From a virus (taxonomy: Duplodnaviria > Caudoviricetes), in IMG/VR virus record IMGVR_UViG_3300011337_000669: a stretch of 64,000 nt of DNA; one strand, written 5' to 3'. A program made the position numbers and the translations under genes. The number at the start of each line of letters is the position of its first letter. The stretch's first letter is position 1. Below the pieces are notes generated by a model. It did not search any database and was not told where the DNA came from. It was given only the letters and a program-made list of their open reading frames with translations. Below, piece by piece: positions 46,790 to 58,333 of the stretch.

Positions 46790-49327
46790 CTATAAACTAA
46801 TATACAGTTGTAATAATTTTTGAGAAAATGTTTTAGCATATCTGTTAACCAAATCCATATCATCTACGTCCTTTTGGTTTGATTCCATATACTTGATTAC
46901 ACCATCTATAATTTTATTTTTGGATTCCTCGGCATTATCCAAAACTTCTTGGAAGTTTTCATCATCTTCCATATTTTCTCCATAGTATCTTTCAATATGT
47001 GATTTACCTGCATATAATAATGGGGCGGCTCCAAACATATTAACAATTCCCGAGTCTCTAATTGTTGTTAGATATTCTCTAAACCATCTCCAATCAAAGT
47101 TATTTAATAAGTCAGAGTTTTGGGTTAAAAATTCCCAACCTGGATTACGTTGTTCATCTATTTTTTCCGAAGAAACCTTTTTCCATGAATCTGTAGAACT
47201 AATTAAGGCTAAATTAGACCCATTTTCCCATTTAACACTAATTATCTTTTCATCACCATTAGGTTCAAATGGGTCAGTAGTTATGTCGGTAACTACACCA
47301 ATCGTGCCAGGAAGTACACCAATTTCTCCTTCCATGTGATAGCACATAACTTTATCCCCAACTTTTAATTCCGCATTTAATGATCCTTTCATAACAATAA
47401 ATATAAGTAATATATTTATAATCATATGGAATTTTTAATTACAGAATCTCAATTGAGAACCCTTCTTACAGAGGAAGAGAAGTCAATGCTTGGAACCTAT
47501 ATGAAAAGGTTAAATGTATTTACAAAACAAATTGTAAATCGGGCATTCAAATCATACGGATTAAACTTAAGAATGCTTCTAACTTGGGGTACTGCCGTAG
47601 GTGGAATGGTGCTTCCATTAGACCAATTTCTAAGAGACCAAAATTTCAATTTAACCGAAGACCAAAGAATGTTGGTGTTAGCAGGTTTGGCATTTTCATT
47701 ATTTTTTGAAACCAAAAAACCATCAATGAAATTATTTTCAGTGATTAAAGAAGAAGGGTTGGAAGAAATTTTCAAAGTTGGGTTAAGAAAAGGAAAACAA
47801 TTGAAAAATGTCTTCTTAAACTTTATGTCCTCTGTGGGCGCGGGTTCTGCGGCTTTTATTGACACGATAGCATACAGTTTCATGATACCTATTATTACAG
47901 ATATTCAATCTGTAATTATGGAAACGCAAGATATAGACGAGGCGGCAATTTTGATTACGGAAAGATTGATTGCGTCAGGTGTTGTATTGATGAGTTCTCA
48001 AGCTTTGACCGAAACAGTTAAAAAAGTTATAGAAAAATTAAAGTAAGTTAATCTTGAACGTCAACCAAATTGACAATTTTTGTACAAGTCACAGAATAGT
48101 CAAGTCCAAAAACATTCAGAAAATTTGACAATAACTCTTGTATTTTATACCTAACTTCAAGATGTGGATCGGATGTAGATGTAATTGGAGTTTCTTCTCC
48201 AAAATATTTTTTGAGTGTTCCCCAAAATCTATCTGATTGTTCATTAGATGGTAAGACATACAAAGTATATTCAATATACTCTTTCTTTTCTCCGAAAGTG
48301 ATATAGTAGTCTATTCCTGTAAGTTTTACTTTGAAATCAGTTTCAAAATTAAAATTGTCCTCGGCAAATAGTTGAAAGGTATGATTTTCCAAAAATTTAT
48401 TTATTCTATTCCACAACTTATCTGATGGTTCCATATCTTATAATTCTTCAATTTCGACAACCAATTGGTCCGGTCCTTTTATGACTCTATGCCAAACAAA
48501 TTTGGGAATGTGAATATGACTGGCCCGAGACAATTTGACCGGCAATTCATTTTCCATTTGAAATGACCATCCTCCATCTTCAATGATGGTTACGTTTCGG
48601 TCATTCAAATCTTGATGCCACTTTAATTCTTCTTCTTCTACATCAGGACTAAACGTCCTAATTTTTTTATTATCTACTTCTATTTGTTCAAAAGGAAAAT
48701 CCATTACCAAGAATTTGAAGATGATAATCCAAGTTGTTTTGCATACCGTCCCAAGTTGCAGCTCCAGTAACCTGCGGTGGTTCTGTCTTTCTTTTGATCA
48801 CATTTGTGTCTTGCTCGGAATGACTTTGCGGCACCCTTATTAGCGTTTCTAACTCTTAAGTTAGGATCACCAAAAGATACTTTTTTAATACCACCACTTT
48901 TAGATTTAACATAAACTGAGAATTTCTTTGGTCCTCCTGAAGTTCTGAATGGTTTATTCAACTTAACATTTTTACCTCGATGTTTTGCTTCTTCCAAAAC
49001 TTCCTCTTCGTCTTCATCCTCAGTTACGAATGGAGCGTCAAGATAGATTAATTGACCCTTAATCATTACTTTTTTACCCAAGTCTGATTCAACCATTAAA
49101 GTGTCCTCTTCATTCAAGTCAATCTTACCCTCTTCCCACAATCTTCTTACTTCATTTACCAAATCAAAATAACTTTCAGAATATGCTCTGAAAATGTTAT
49201 TTGTCAAAGTTAATTCATTATCAACATGGTATTTCAGTGATTCAGAAAGTTCAACAGATTCTTTAATAATTAAAGATTTGTTCAAATGATCTTCTAATGT
49301 TTCTTTGATAAGTTCCCTTAAATCCAT
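46790..49327. CDS. Cluster of late hypothetical genes (46790-47392 -, 47426-48046 +, 48048-48434 -, 48438-48710 - cupin-like, 48704-49327 -)
   Basis: ORF track; TATTTAT motifs upstream; 48438 has WHQD...WHRV cupin-like motifs. Confidence 0.5.
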
Positions 49328-49582
49328 TGGTTTGTTATTTCTTATAAATACTCTTACTCCCTATTAGAAATCGACTCAACCCATATTTCATACGTATATT
49401 TTGTGGTATTGTGAGGTATTACAGATTACAAAATGCTAAAAAAATTAGTAAAAGCATATTCATTCGATAGTATCTTGGTTACTATAAATACTAAAAAAAT
49501 AGTAATTGGTTGGAATTTTATTATTTTATTGTTCCAACCCTATCTGATTTTTAGAATATTTATAAGAATAAAATAAATTACT

Positions 49583-50410
49583 ATGATACTAAAAAACGGG
49601 TCTAAAGGGGAAAACGTTAAAAAACTCCAAACAAAATTAGGTTTGGGAGCCGATGGTATATTCGGTTCTGGAACAGAGGCGGCAGTTAAAAAATGGCAAG
49701 CAGCAAATGGATTGACTGCTGACGGAATCGTTGGTGAAGGGACTTGGACGAAGATGTTCGGTGCTAAACAACTAATTACTGAACCATCAACTCCAATTGT
49801 TAATGCTGGTCCACTCAAGTTGGAAAACCTTAAGGGACACATCCCTGATGCGGTACTTGCTCAGATTCCTGACGCAGCAAAAAAATTCAACATTACAAAC
49901 CCACTTAGATTGGCACACTTTTTGGCACAAGCGAGTCATGAAAGTGCCGGATTCAAAGCAGTTCAAGAAAATCTTAACTATTCTGCCGATGGTTTGAAAA
50001 AAATATTCCCAAAGTATTTCCCTGGAAACTTAGCGGAAGGTTACGCTAAAAACCCTGAAAAAATCGCTTCAAAAGTTTATGGAAGTAGAATGGGTAATGG
50101 TGACGAAACAACCAAAGAAGGTTACAAATTTAGGGGTCGTGGATTTTTGCAGACGACTGGAAAGGAAAATTATAAAAAATTAGGTGATTTTTTAGGCGTA
50201 AATTTGATTGAGAGTCCTGATTTGGTCGCAACAAAATATCCTTTGGCTTCTGCGGCATTTTTCTTTGATTCAAACAAATTGTGGACCATTTGTGATAAAG
50301 GGGCTGATGAATCAACTGTAACTGCGGTTACAAAACGAGTGAATGGAGGAACAATAGGAATTACGCACCGGTTGTCGGAATTCAAACATTTCTATAAACT
50401 CCTGAGTTAA
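49583..50410 (+). CDS. Endolysin: peptidoglycan-binding domain + GH19 chitinase-like catalytic domain
   Basis: LQTKLGLGADGIFG..TEAAVKKWQ; AHFLAQASHES, YKFRGRGFLQTTGKENY, VTKRVNGG. Confidence 0.92.
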   Translation: MILKNGSKGENVKKLQTKLGLGADGIFGSGTEAAVKKWQAANGLTADGIVGEGTWTKMFGAKQLITEPSTPIVNAGPLKLENLKGHIPDAVLAQIPDAAKKFNITNPLRLAHFLAQASHESAGFKAVQENLNYSADGLKKIFPKYFPGNLAEGYAKNPEKIASKVYGSRMGNGDETTKEGYKFRGRGFLQTTGKENYKKLGDFLGVNLIESPDLVATKYPLASAAFFFDSNKLWTICDKGADESTVTAVTKRVNGGTIGITHRLSEFKHFYKLLS

Positions 50411-50499
50411 CTATTTCAAAAAAATCCTTTCACAATCGGAAGGATTTTTTTATTATAAATATTTATAATTTTTTATAAAAATTGTATATTTATTATTAT

Positions 50500-50640
50500 A
50501 TGAAACAGAAAAGTTTAATTATCTCCGAAAAAACCCATGAATCCCTAAAAAAATTTTGTAAAATGAATTCATATAAAATGAATGATTGGGTTGAAAAGTT
50601 AATAGATAAAGAAATAAAAAAACAAAATTATGAGTCATAA
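50500..50640 (+). CDS. 46-aa ribbon-helix-helix-like protein
   Basis: Manual translation MKQKSLIISEKTHESLKKFCKMNSYKMNDWVEKLIDKEIKKQNYES; overlaps next start. Confidence 0.6.
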   Translation: MKQKSLIISEKTHESLKKFCKMNSYKMNDWVEKLIDKEIKKQNYES

Positions 50641-51289
50641 TAATTGGTATGTTTATATTCACATCAGAAAAGACAAAAACGAAGTTTTCTATGTCGGTAT
50701 TGGTAATAAAAAAAATTATGGTCGGGCATTTGAATTTAGAAAAGATAAGAGAAATCAAATTTGGTGGAAAGTTTATTGTAAAACAGAAATAGATGTAAAA
50801 ATTATTCACGATAATTTATCCAAAATAGAATCATCAAATAAGGAAACCGACCTAATCAAAAAATATGGAAGAAAGGACTTGAGTGAGGGTACTCTAACTA
50901 ATATGACTGATGGTGGCGATGGAATATGGAATTGTATTATGTCTGAAAACACTAAAGAAAAAATGAGACAATCCAAATTAGGGGATAAAAACCCCAATTT
51001 TGGTAAATCACCATCGAAAGAAACCACATTAAAACGAAGTAAATCTTTAACAGGTCAAAAAAGAAGTGAAGAAACAAAGAAAAAACAATCAATTTCATCT
51101 ATAAAATCAGGACAGGCTAAAGAAGTAGACGTTTTCAAATTCAGTACGAATGAATTTATTGGCAGGTTTCATTCAATTTCCGAAGCGTGTAGATTTTTGG
51201 GATTCCATCACTTAAACGGTAAAGCGGTAATGGTTGCTAACGGAAAAAGAAACCAAACTCAAGGTTATGTATTTTCATACACTAACTAA
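50630..51289 (+). CDS. GIY-YIG-like homing endonuclease with NUMOD motifs
   Basis: YVYIH...FYVGIG...RA, LTNMTDGGDG, SENTKEKMR, RSEETKKKQS, FHSISEACRFLG. Confidence 0.8.
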   Translation: MSHNNWYVYIHIRKDKNEVFYVGIGNKKNYGRAFEFRKDKRNQIWWKVYCKTEIDVKIIHDNLSKIESSNKETDLIKKYGRKDLSEGTLTNMTDGGDGIWNCIMSENTKEKMRQSKLGDKNPNFGKSPSKETTLKRSKSLTGQKRSEETKKKQSISSIKSGQAKEVDVFKFSTNEFIGRFHSISEACRFLGFHHLNGKAVMVANGKRNQTQGYVFSYTN

Positions 51290-51397
51290 ACTATTCAAAA
51301 AAAATTAATACTTATAGAAGTAAAAAAAATCTATGACTTTAGGAAAAGATAGCATGAATTAAAAAGAAATATTTATCTTTGTTGTAAATAAATAACC

Positions 51398-52307
51398 ATG
51401 ATGACAATGAATATGACTTCCGCAATCAAAGATTTCAAGTGGGTACTCAAACTACTTCAATCTTCAAAAAGTAAAGAACATCTGGATACGACACTTCGGT
51501 GTTTTAATCTTTGGGAAAACAAACACACCAAAGAAATACTCACTGATGCGGATGCCGATGCGGTAAAACATATGAGATATCAATTTTGGTGTTTTTTCAA
51601 AAATAAAAATTCAAGATTCGGAATCTTAGCAAAGTAAAAAAAAATTACTCTGTGGATACCGTGAACCGAATTTTTTTGAAAATTAATATATTTATTAACA
51701 CAATCGCTCACAAAGTGAGTGTTCTCATATATCCCTTTATTTAAGACCCACATTTTTTGGTGGGTCTTATTTTTTTTACTATATTTGTATATTAAATCTA
51801 AAGACTATGAACTGGCAAAACCTCACTTATCCAATCCGAAGAAAATATCAACAAATCAAACGAGTAATCGACTTTTTACCGATTATTTGGAATGGATTTG
51901 ATTTTGATTATGTCTATTCCATCCAACTTTTCAAGAAACAATTGGAAAGACAGGCGAAATTCTTTGAATCCGGTAAATCATATTCAGATAGGGCAAAACA
52001 AGATGCGTCAAGAATCAGAACCGCAATTCGTTTGATGGATAAAGTTTATGATGAAGAATATTCCACAGAATGGACTGATATAATCAGAGAGAAATACGGA
52101 GATGATGTATTAGATTCGGATTGGGAAGAAACAAGTCAAGGAAGTGGGTTATCTTATCACAGATGGAAGTATGAAAGTTGGGATAAAGCCGAAGAAATCA
52201 GACAAGTTAAACTCGACCTGATTAATAAAGGAGAGGCTAAACAAAGGAAAGCGGAACAATTAGTATGGAAATTTGTAGGTCACAATATTCGTTACTGGTG
52301 GTCTTGA
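51398..52307 (+). CDS. Two hypothetical genes (51398-51637, 51807-52307)
   Basis: ORF track; each preceded by TAnnTTTG. Confidence 0.5.
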
Positions 52308-52436
52308 TATGAAAATATTTGAAGTTTACGGACAAATTTATATCTTGCCTTTTGTTAAAGTAACCCATACAAGAGACCTTAACGGTGATTTAGAACTAAT
52401 TATTGGTTGGTTAAAATGGGGATTAATAATAAAATT

Positions 52437-53114
52437 ATGAAAAAAATTGTCTTTATAAGCGATACACACAATAAACACAAACACCTTACAAGTAAGGGGA
52501 TGGGAAACATATTGGGTAGTGGTGATTACCTGATCCACGCAGGAGACTGCACAAGTATGGGGTCCAAAAACGAAATTACTCAGTTTTTGGAGTGGTTTTC
52601 AAATACTGATTTCAAACATAAAATTTTCATTGCTGGAAATCACGATTTTGGATTTGAACAACAAACTGATATTGCTCAAGAATACAAAGACATGGGAGTA
52701 ATCTATTTGTTTGACAATGAGGTTACCATCGATGGAATCAAATTTTATGGAAGTCCTTGGCAACCAGAGTTCCATAATTGGGCGTTCAACCTACCAAGAG
52801 GCGAAGAATTAGCACAAAAATGGGAACAAATTCCAAACGATGTTGATGTGTTAATAACACACGGACCAGCATATGGTATTTTGGATTATGCTCCAATAGG
52901 TGGTCATGTTGGTTGTGAAGAACTATATCGCAAAATTGTGGAGGTAAAACCAAAGATCCACGTTTGTGGTCACATCCACGATGGTTATGGACAAAAAACG
53001 ATGGGTGGAATCGAGTTCCTAAATGCGTCTGTACTCAACGATAGATATGAACATGCTCACAAACCAATTGTTGTTGAATACGATACTGAAACAAAAGAAA
53101 TTAATTATATCTAA
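52437..53114 (+). CDS. Metallophosphoesterase
   Basis: ISDTH, HAGD, GNHD, ITHGP, GHIH; likely start MKKIVF. Confidence 0.9.
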   Translation: MKKIVFISDTHNKHKHLTSKGMGNILGSGDYLIHAGDCTSMGSKNEITQFLEWFSNTDFKHKIFIAGNHDFGFEQQTDIAQEYKDMGVIYLFDNEVTIDGIKFYGSPWQPEFHNWAFNLPRGEELAQKWEQIPNDVDVLITHGPAYGILDYAPIGGHVGCEELYRKIVEVKPKIHVCGHIHDGYGQKTMGGIEFLNASVLNDRYEHAHKPIVVEYDTETKEINYI

Positions 53115-53116
53115 AA

Positions 53117-53593
53117 ATGAAAAAAATGTATCAGGTCTATCTCGATGACATTCGTACGCCAATTGAAAATGATTGGGAAATTGCAAGAGATTATGACCAA
53201 TTCGTAGAAGTAGTCCAAAGATTGGGATTAGATAATATTGGAGTGATTTCATTGGATCACGACTTAGGTGAAAGTGCAATGATTGAATATTATAATAACG
53301 TAAAAGATAACTATAAACTTGAATACGATAACATAGAAGAAAAAACTGGTTATGATTGTTGTAAATTTTTAGTTAATCTTAGTATGGATAGTGGTATTCC
53401 ATTGCCATCAATTTACGTTCATTCGGCAAATCCAATTGGAAGTCATAATATGATGGGTTACATTAACAATTATTTAAAGAATTGTAAACTAACTCAAAAC
53501 TGTGTTAGAAATGAAATACCCCATAAAATAGAGGAGGTCTTTATGTTGAGTCCAGAAGCGAGAGAAGCGAAATGGAAAAGAATTAAAAATTAA
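53117..53593 (+). CDS. Cyclic-phosphate processing receiver-like (cREC) domain protein
   Basis: YLDDIRTP, ISLDHDLG, KTGYDCCKFL, VHSANPIG. Confidence 0.8.
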   Translation: MKKMYQVYLDDIRTPIENDWEIARDYDQFVEVVQRLGLDNIGVISLDHDLGESAMIEYYNNVKDNYKLEYDNIEEKTGYDCCKFLVNLSMDSGIPLPSIYVHSANPIGSHNMMGYINNYLKNCKLTQNCVRNEIPHKIEEVFMLSPEAREAKWKRIKN

Positions 53594-53636
53594 GTAAAAT
53601 TCACTGTATAAAAAAAAGATGGAGAAATCCATCTTT

Positions 53637-54167
53637 TTATTTTTTAACTCGAGTCTGTTTTCTTGCTTCCTTAGCTAATTCTCCTAAGGTCTTCTTTTTC
53701 TGTTCTGTCGGGTGTTTGAATCCTGGTTTGTATCTAAATTCTACCGATATTGGTCCATTTTTGTTAATATCGGAATTGTACTTGAATACCGATACTGATT
53801 CCTCATCTTCATAAGTTATTTCCCACTTTGTAGTTCCTGATGTTCTCATACCACAAATATACCTAATTTTTTCTAAATAAAAAATCCCCACTCTTTTGGG
53901 TGGGGATTAGTTAATTTACTCTTCTGTTGAGTCTTCTTTACCTTTGTTAATCCATTTGTCGATTGACCCGATTCCAAAGGAACCAAGAACTAACCATAAG
54001 AAGGCATTAAAGATGAATTCGTTTATCACTAGGTCTTTACCTAAAGATCCGGTTACAATATCCGCAATAGCGAATCCTGTCATCATTACAAACGCCATAA
54101 ACCCTACGACGCTTTTTTCATTGATTGTGTTGTTGTCATTGAACAACTGAGATAAGAATTTTTTCAT
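53637..54167 (-). CDS. Hypothetical (53637-~53830) and two-helix membrane protein (53916-54167, possible holin)
   Basis: ORF track; second ORF has two hydrophobic segments. Confidence 0.4.
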
Positions 54168-54501
54168 AGTATTTTGGCAATTTACTTACCAATAAATATA
54201 ACAAAAAAAGGGAGACACCGTCGTGTCTCCCAATTTTCTCCGTCGAGAAAACATAGTGTGTCTTTTTGGATTGGGCTGATCACAAACCCCAAGGATGGAT
54301 GGTCCTTTGTTTTATTTATCGTCTCAAAACATCCAATAGTGACGTGTTTAATTTTATCTTTTTCAAGGTTAAGATAAAGGAAACAAAGACTTAAAACCTC
54401 CCATACCTGATTCTACGTTTTTCTAATTTATAAAGCGGAGAAGAAATTGTTAAGGTGAGTATGGGAAAACACCATTATAAAATATTCCGCTATCCATTTG
54501 G

Positions 54502-54593
54502 TGGTAAGAGTTCGATTCGAACGAACGGCTCACGGATTTCACTCCGCTGCTCTACCAATGTGAACTCAAGATTCACAACTGAGCTATCTTACC
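54502..54593 (-). tRNA. tRNA-Phe-like RNA with hairpin inserted in D loop and a 6-nt anticodon loop
   Basis: GGTAAGA/TCTTACC + A, D stem GCTC/GAGC enclosing GTGAAT-CTTGA-GTTCAC, GCGGA-GTGAAA-TCCGT, T arm GTTCG-TTCGAAT-CGAAC. Confidence 0.65.
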
Positions 54594-54821
54594 ATATTGT
54601 TTCTCGGGGTTTGGAACCGAGTATCTTTCATCACCTGTAAGTCCCAAACCCTTTACAAATATATAAAATTGTTTTCGGACTGTCAAACTATTTATGAAAA
54701 AAAGCCTCCCCGTAATGGGGCGTTTAGGACCGTTCCAGTTATGGGACAATTTAAGAGAACGATTCGCTACCGTTCTCTTTTTTTTATTATTTCTTTATAA
54801 TATATTTATAATAAAAAAGAA

Positions 54822-55905
54822 TATGGCAAAAGGTACAAAAGGGGGTTCATCTCCATCTCGTAAAATTTCTTTTGGTAAAAAAAGAACAGGTGTGGCTAAA
54901 AAAGGTTATTCCAAATACGAACAAAAACCTAAACGATACGCTGGTCAAGGTAGGTAACTCAAGACTTTTTTTATTTTTTTTAATATATTCTCATCATGTC
55001 GGATAAGAAACGTAGATTCTATCGCCTTTTGGAAACGTATATGAATGAGTCTCGGAAGGAAGATGTTGAACTTATGTATGGTAAAGATGCAAAAATCAAA
55101 GTTCATAATTGGACTCATAATGAGAAGGGAGACCAATTCATATTTGAACTAATTGTTGTGTTGGGAAATACAATTAATGAATCCGTTATGGACACAAACC
55201 TCGCAGAAGTATTATTGGAGGATGCATTACAATTTTTTTATCCTGAGGTGAAAAAAATATGTTATATGACGAGATTCGATGTCTAATATTATAGACCTGT
55301 CGGATTTTTGGATTGCAAAAATTCCACTTTTACTGACAATGCCGCCACTTGTTCAGTAAGTTTTAATATAGTCGATCTCATCTCATCTTTTTCTTTGGAA
55401 GAATTTTCAAGAAGAGCCTCCAATTTAGCAATTCTATCTTTACAATCATGACGGATGAAATCTTCATCACTATCTCTTTTCATTGCTCTTTTTTCATAGA
55501 ATCTCCAAGCCGAACTCCCACCTAAAACTGTAATCAATGTAATTACTGCCGTCCAAATACTTTGTTCCTCCATTTTGTACTTTTTGATTATAAATATGGT
55601 AGAAATAATGAATAAATTATTTTTAATAAAAAAAAATTAGGATAATACTAATTCCATGAAAAATCGATACAACATTCGAAACCGAATAAGGCATTCAAAT
55701 ACTTTTCCACATGATAAAGTTTTTGAAGACTACATTCGTAGGAAACTTCCAACTGAATGAAAATCGAATAAGAATCGTCCACCCAATTTTCAGTATCTTC
55801 AACGTACTTGTAGGTTTTCCTGATTTCGAAATCCACAATCTTTAACTCAGGAAATTTCTCTTCCATGGCGTTTGTACAAATTATTTTTAATCGATCTTCG
55901 ACCAT
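54822..55905. CDS. Small genes (basic peptide ~54822-54957 +, 54996-55286 +, 55289-55573 - membrane/coiled coil, 55648-55905 -)
   Basis: ORF track. Confidence 0.45.
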
Positions 55906-56270
55906 GTCATATCACTGTTTAATACTGTAGAGTAAAGATATTTTTGATTCCATAAGGAAGGTTCAATTATGGAGAGAAACTTCATCCCATCCTTTTTCTC
56001 ATAGAGGTGGTAAATCTCCCCTATAATCGGTTCAAACTTATAAGATGAGTCGTAGACCTCTTGAGTAATATTAAACGATTTTTGGAGGGTTTCTGCCTCT
56101 TTTAGAAGTTCTTGATACCTTCGGTTGAATATCTTGTTTGCTTTGTCCGTACCATTTTGTTTGAATGGTGTCAAATCAACGGGCACAATCTTCGGTGCTC
56201 CAACATGATGGGGATATTCCATCAAATTTGGGGTAAGATTGACTTTATCTAAATGAGATTGTGTGGACAT
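55887..56270 (-). CDS. DUF2452-like protein
   Basis: LMEYPHHVGAPKI...YKFEPIIGEIYHLY...FLSIIEP..W. Confidence 0.7.
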   Translation of the reverse strand: MSTQSHLDKVNLTPNLMEYPHHVGAPKIVPVDLTPFKQNGTDKANKIFNRRYQELLKEAETLQKSFNITQEVYDSSYKFEPIIGEIYHLYEKKDGMKFLSIIEPSLWNQKYLYSTVLNSDMTWSKID

Positions 56271-56326
56271 AAAAAAACCTCGGATATACCGAGGTTAAAT
56301 GTAATCATTATTTTGTAAGAAACAAA

Positions 56327-56824
56327 TTATTGTCCCTTAATCATTCCCAATCCATGCTTCAAAAATTCTTTTGCTCTTTGTGAAACATTAGACATCGCAT
56401 ATACTTTTTCAATATCTTTAACAAGTTCCTCACCGTTCTCATTTTCACGGTATAACTCAATAATTTTATCCATAACCTTATTACATTCTTTTTTGGTTTC
56501 GTCAAAATAGTTATAAGGTTTGAATTCTTTTAGTTGGTTCATTACATTAAACGCAATGTGTTCTCCACCGTCAGATATATTTGGGTGTAATCTTAAAGTT
56601 TTTAACAATTCCAATCGGTCCGTCAAACCATTAACACCATTCTTTCTAAGTTGAACTCCCTCGATGTAATCTTCAAGTTCGTCTGAACCAACAATGTCTT
56701 CAAGGGTTTTAACATTTCCACCATGACAGAATTTTCTATCATCTTTTTGTTCTGATTGTTCAATCATATATAATTTTTTGATTGATTGTTTTTCGTCTTC
56801 CGTAAGTACAAATCTTTTGCTCAT
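56327..56824 (-). CDS. Hypothetical late protein
   Basis: Likely start MSKRFVLTEDEK. Confidence 0.55.
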   Translation of the reverse strand: MSKRFVLTEDEKQSIKKLYMIEQSEQKDDRKFCHGGNVKTLEDIVGSDELEDYIEGVQLRKNGVNGLTDRLELLKTLRLHPNISDGGEHIAFNVMNQLKEFKPYNYFDETKKECNKVMDKIIELYRENENGEELVKDIEKVYAMSNVSQRAKEFLKHGLGMIKGQ

Positions 56825-56880
56825 ACCAATAAATATATCAATCATTACAAATTGACAATCTATTTATTCTTAAAACTCGT

Positions 56881-57528
56881 ATGAAAAGATTTTTATATTC
56901 AGTCGCAATTGTTTTACTATCCCTTTTATTTGTAAGTTCATCTCAAATTAAGAATGAGGTTGTCCTAAAACACACAAATTACACATCAACATTCAGTATT
57001 TCCAAAAAATATCCTGTGATGGTTGAATGGTGGGTAACCAAAGCAATGGTAAGTTGCCCAACACCTCTCAAACGAAAAGATAATTTCAAACCAGATCCTC
57101 TTTTACCTGAACATACAAATTTATCACAAGATTATGTTGGAGGTGGATATGATCGAGGACACATGATACCTGCGGCAGATAATCTTTGTCAAACACAATT
57201 AGTGCAAGATGAAAGTTTCTATTTTTCTAATATGTCCGCACAAACTCCTCAACTAAACAGAGGCGATTGGAAGTCCTTAGAAACATTCACAAGAGACGAA
57301 GCCAAACTTAAAGATTCAATTCATGTTTGGGTTGGGAATGTTGGTGAAATTAAAAAAATAGGAAGAGTGTCCGTCCCAAAATATTGTTGGAAGGTAATTC
57401 ATATCAAAAAAGAAAATAAATGGATTGCGTACTTGTTTGAAAACAATACGTCAGCACCTGATGGGTTCAAAAACAACGAAGTTACCCTTAAAGAGATTAT
57501 GACTTTAACGGGATTTACATTTCGCTAA
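56881..57528 (+). CDS. Secreted DNA/RNA non-specific endonuclease
   Basis: Signal peptide; YDRGHMIPAAD, FYFSNMSAQ..QLNRGDWKSLE, VPKYCWKVI. Confidence 0.9.
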   Translation: MKRFLYSVAIVLLSLLFVSSSQIKNEVVLKHTNYTSTFSISKKYPVMVEWWVTKAMVSCPTPLKRKDNFKPDPLLPEHTNLSQDYVGGGYDRGHMIPAADNLCQTQLVQDESFYFSNMSAQTPQLNRGDWKSLETFTRDEAKLKDSIHVWVGNVGEIKKIGRVSVPKYCWKVIHIKKENKWIAYLFENNTSAPDGFKNNEVTLKEIMTLTGFTFR

Positions 57529-58298
57529 ACAAATACTTGTTAATGTTGTCTATTGTAAAAATAGTTTCTCTTTTATCGTAGACATGTTCCCACAATGTTT
57601 TGTTCTTAAGATATGGGTGAGGTTGAGACTTCGCCCATTTTTTTCCCATCTCATAATCTTCAACTTTGTAGGTTAATTTTTTTGTTGGTTGTTTAGCAAT
57701 CCAACCTCTCACGGTCATTTTTAATTTGTGTAACATAAGCATAAAAAAACCCCTAATATAAGGGGTCTAAATTTTGTTTATAGATATAATCTTTGTGTAT
57801 CCAAATAAAGTTGTTTCATTCGTCCTTCCAAAATAGTAATTTGTTTTTGGTCTTCAGCAGAGACATCAAAACTTTTGGCTTTAATCAGTCTAACTTGTTC
57901 TGACATTTTTTCATATCTGAATAACATGTCGTTGTAAAGTTTTGCCTTTTCGTCGTTTGTTAAGTAACCCATAGTGTTGTTTTTTATAAATATATTATAG
58001 GGTTTATAATTGTAAATTATTTTTCGTATTTGATTTCAGAGTGAGCTTTCTTAATACCGTCCAATCCTTTATAGATTAAATCCTTAACCTCAGGACGAGT
58101 CTTCTTCCCACCCTTGAACATGGATATCAACTCTTCCAAACTATCAATCACTTCTTCACTTGCGTCAATTACATCCAAATTACCATTGTCAGTATCCGTT
58201 TGCATAGGTTGTGTGTATATATCCAAATCCATGGCAACACTATTTGACCCTGCCTCCACTAATTTTTTATACTGACTTTCACTAATAATGACTTTCAT
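57515..58298 (-). CDS. Three small hypothetical genes (57515-57742, 57778-57972, 58017-58298)
   Basis: ORF track. Confidence 0.45.
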
Positions 58299-58333
58299 CG
58301 TAATCTGATTTATATTTATAAATACCTAAAAAT

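Larger units (their letters stand above)
5932..49564. promoter_or_regulatory. Recurrent TATTTATA motif on the coding strand just upstream of start codons (putative late promoter)
   Basis: 5932-5939 minus, 9150-9157, 18007-18014, 34534-34541, 41518-41525, 47413-47420, 49557-49564 and others. Confidence 0.65.

Noticed and set aside
54720-54775. Similarity to 23S rRNA helix 69-71 (TAACT..AACGGTCCTAA and GGTAGCGAA on the minus strand)
   Set aside because: The two pieces are in swapped order, the H69 stem cannot form, and each lies in a different local hairpin; probably coincidence.
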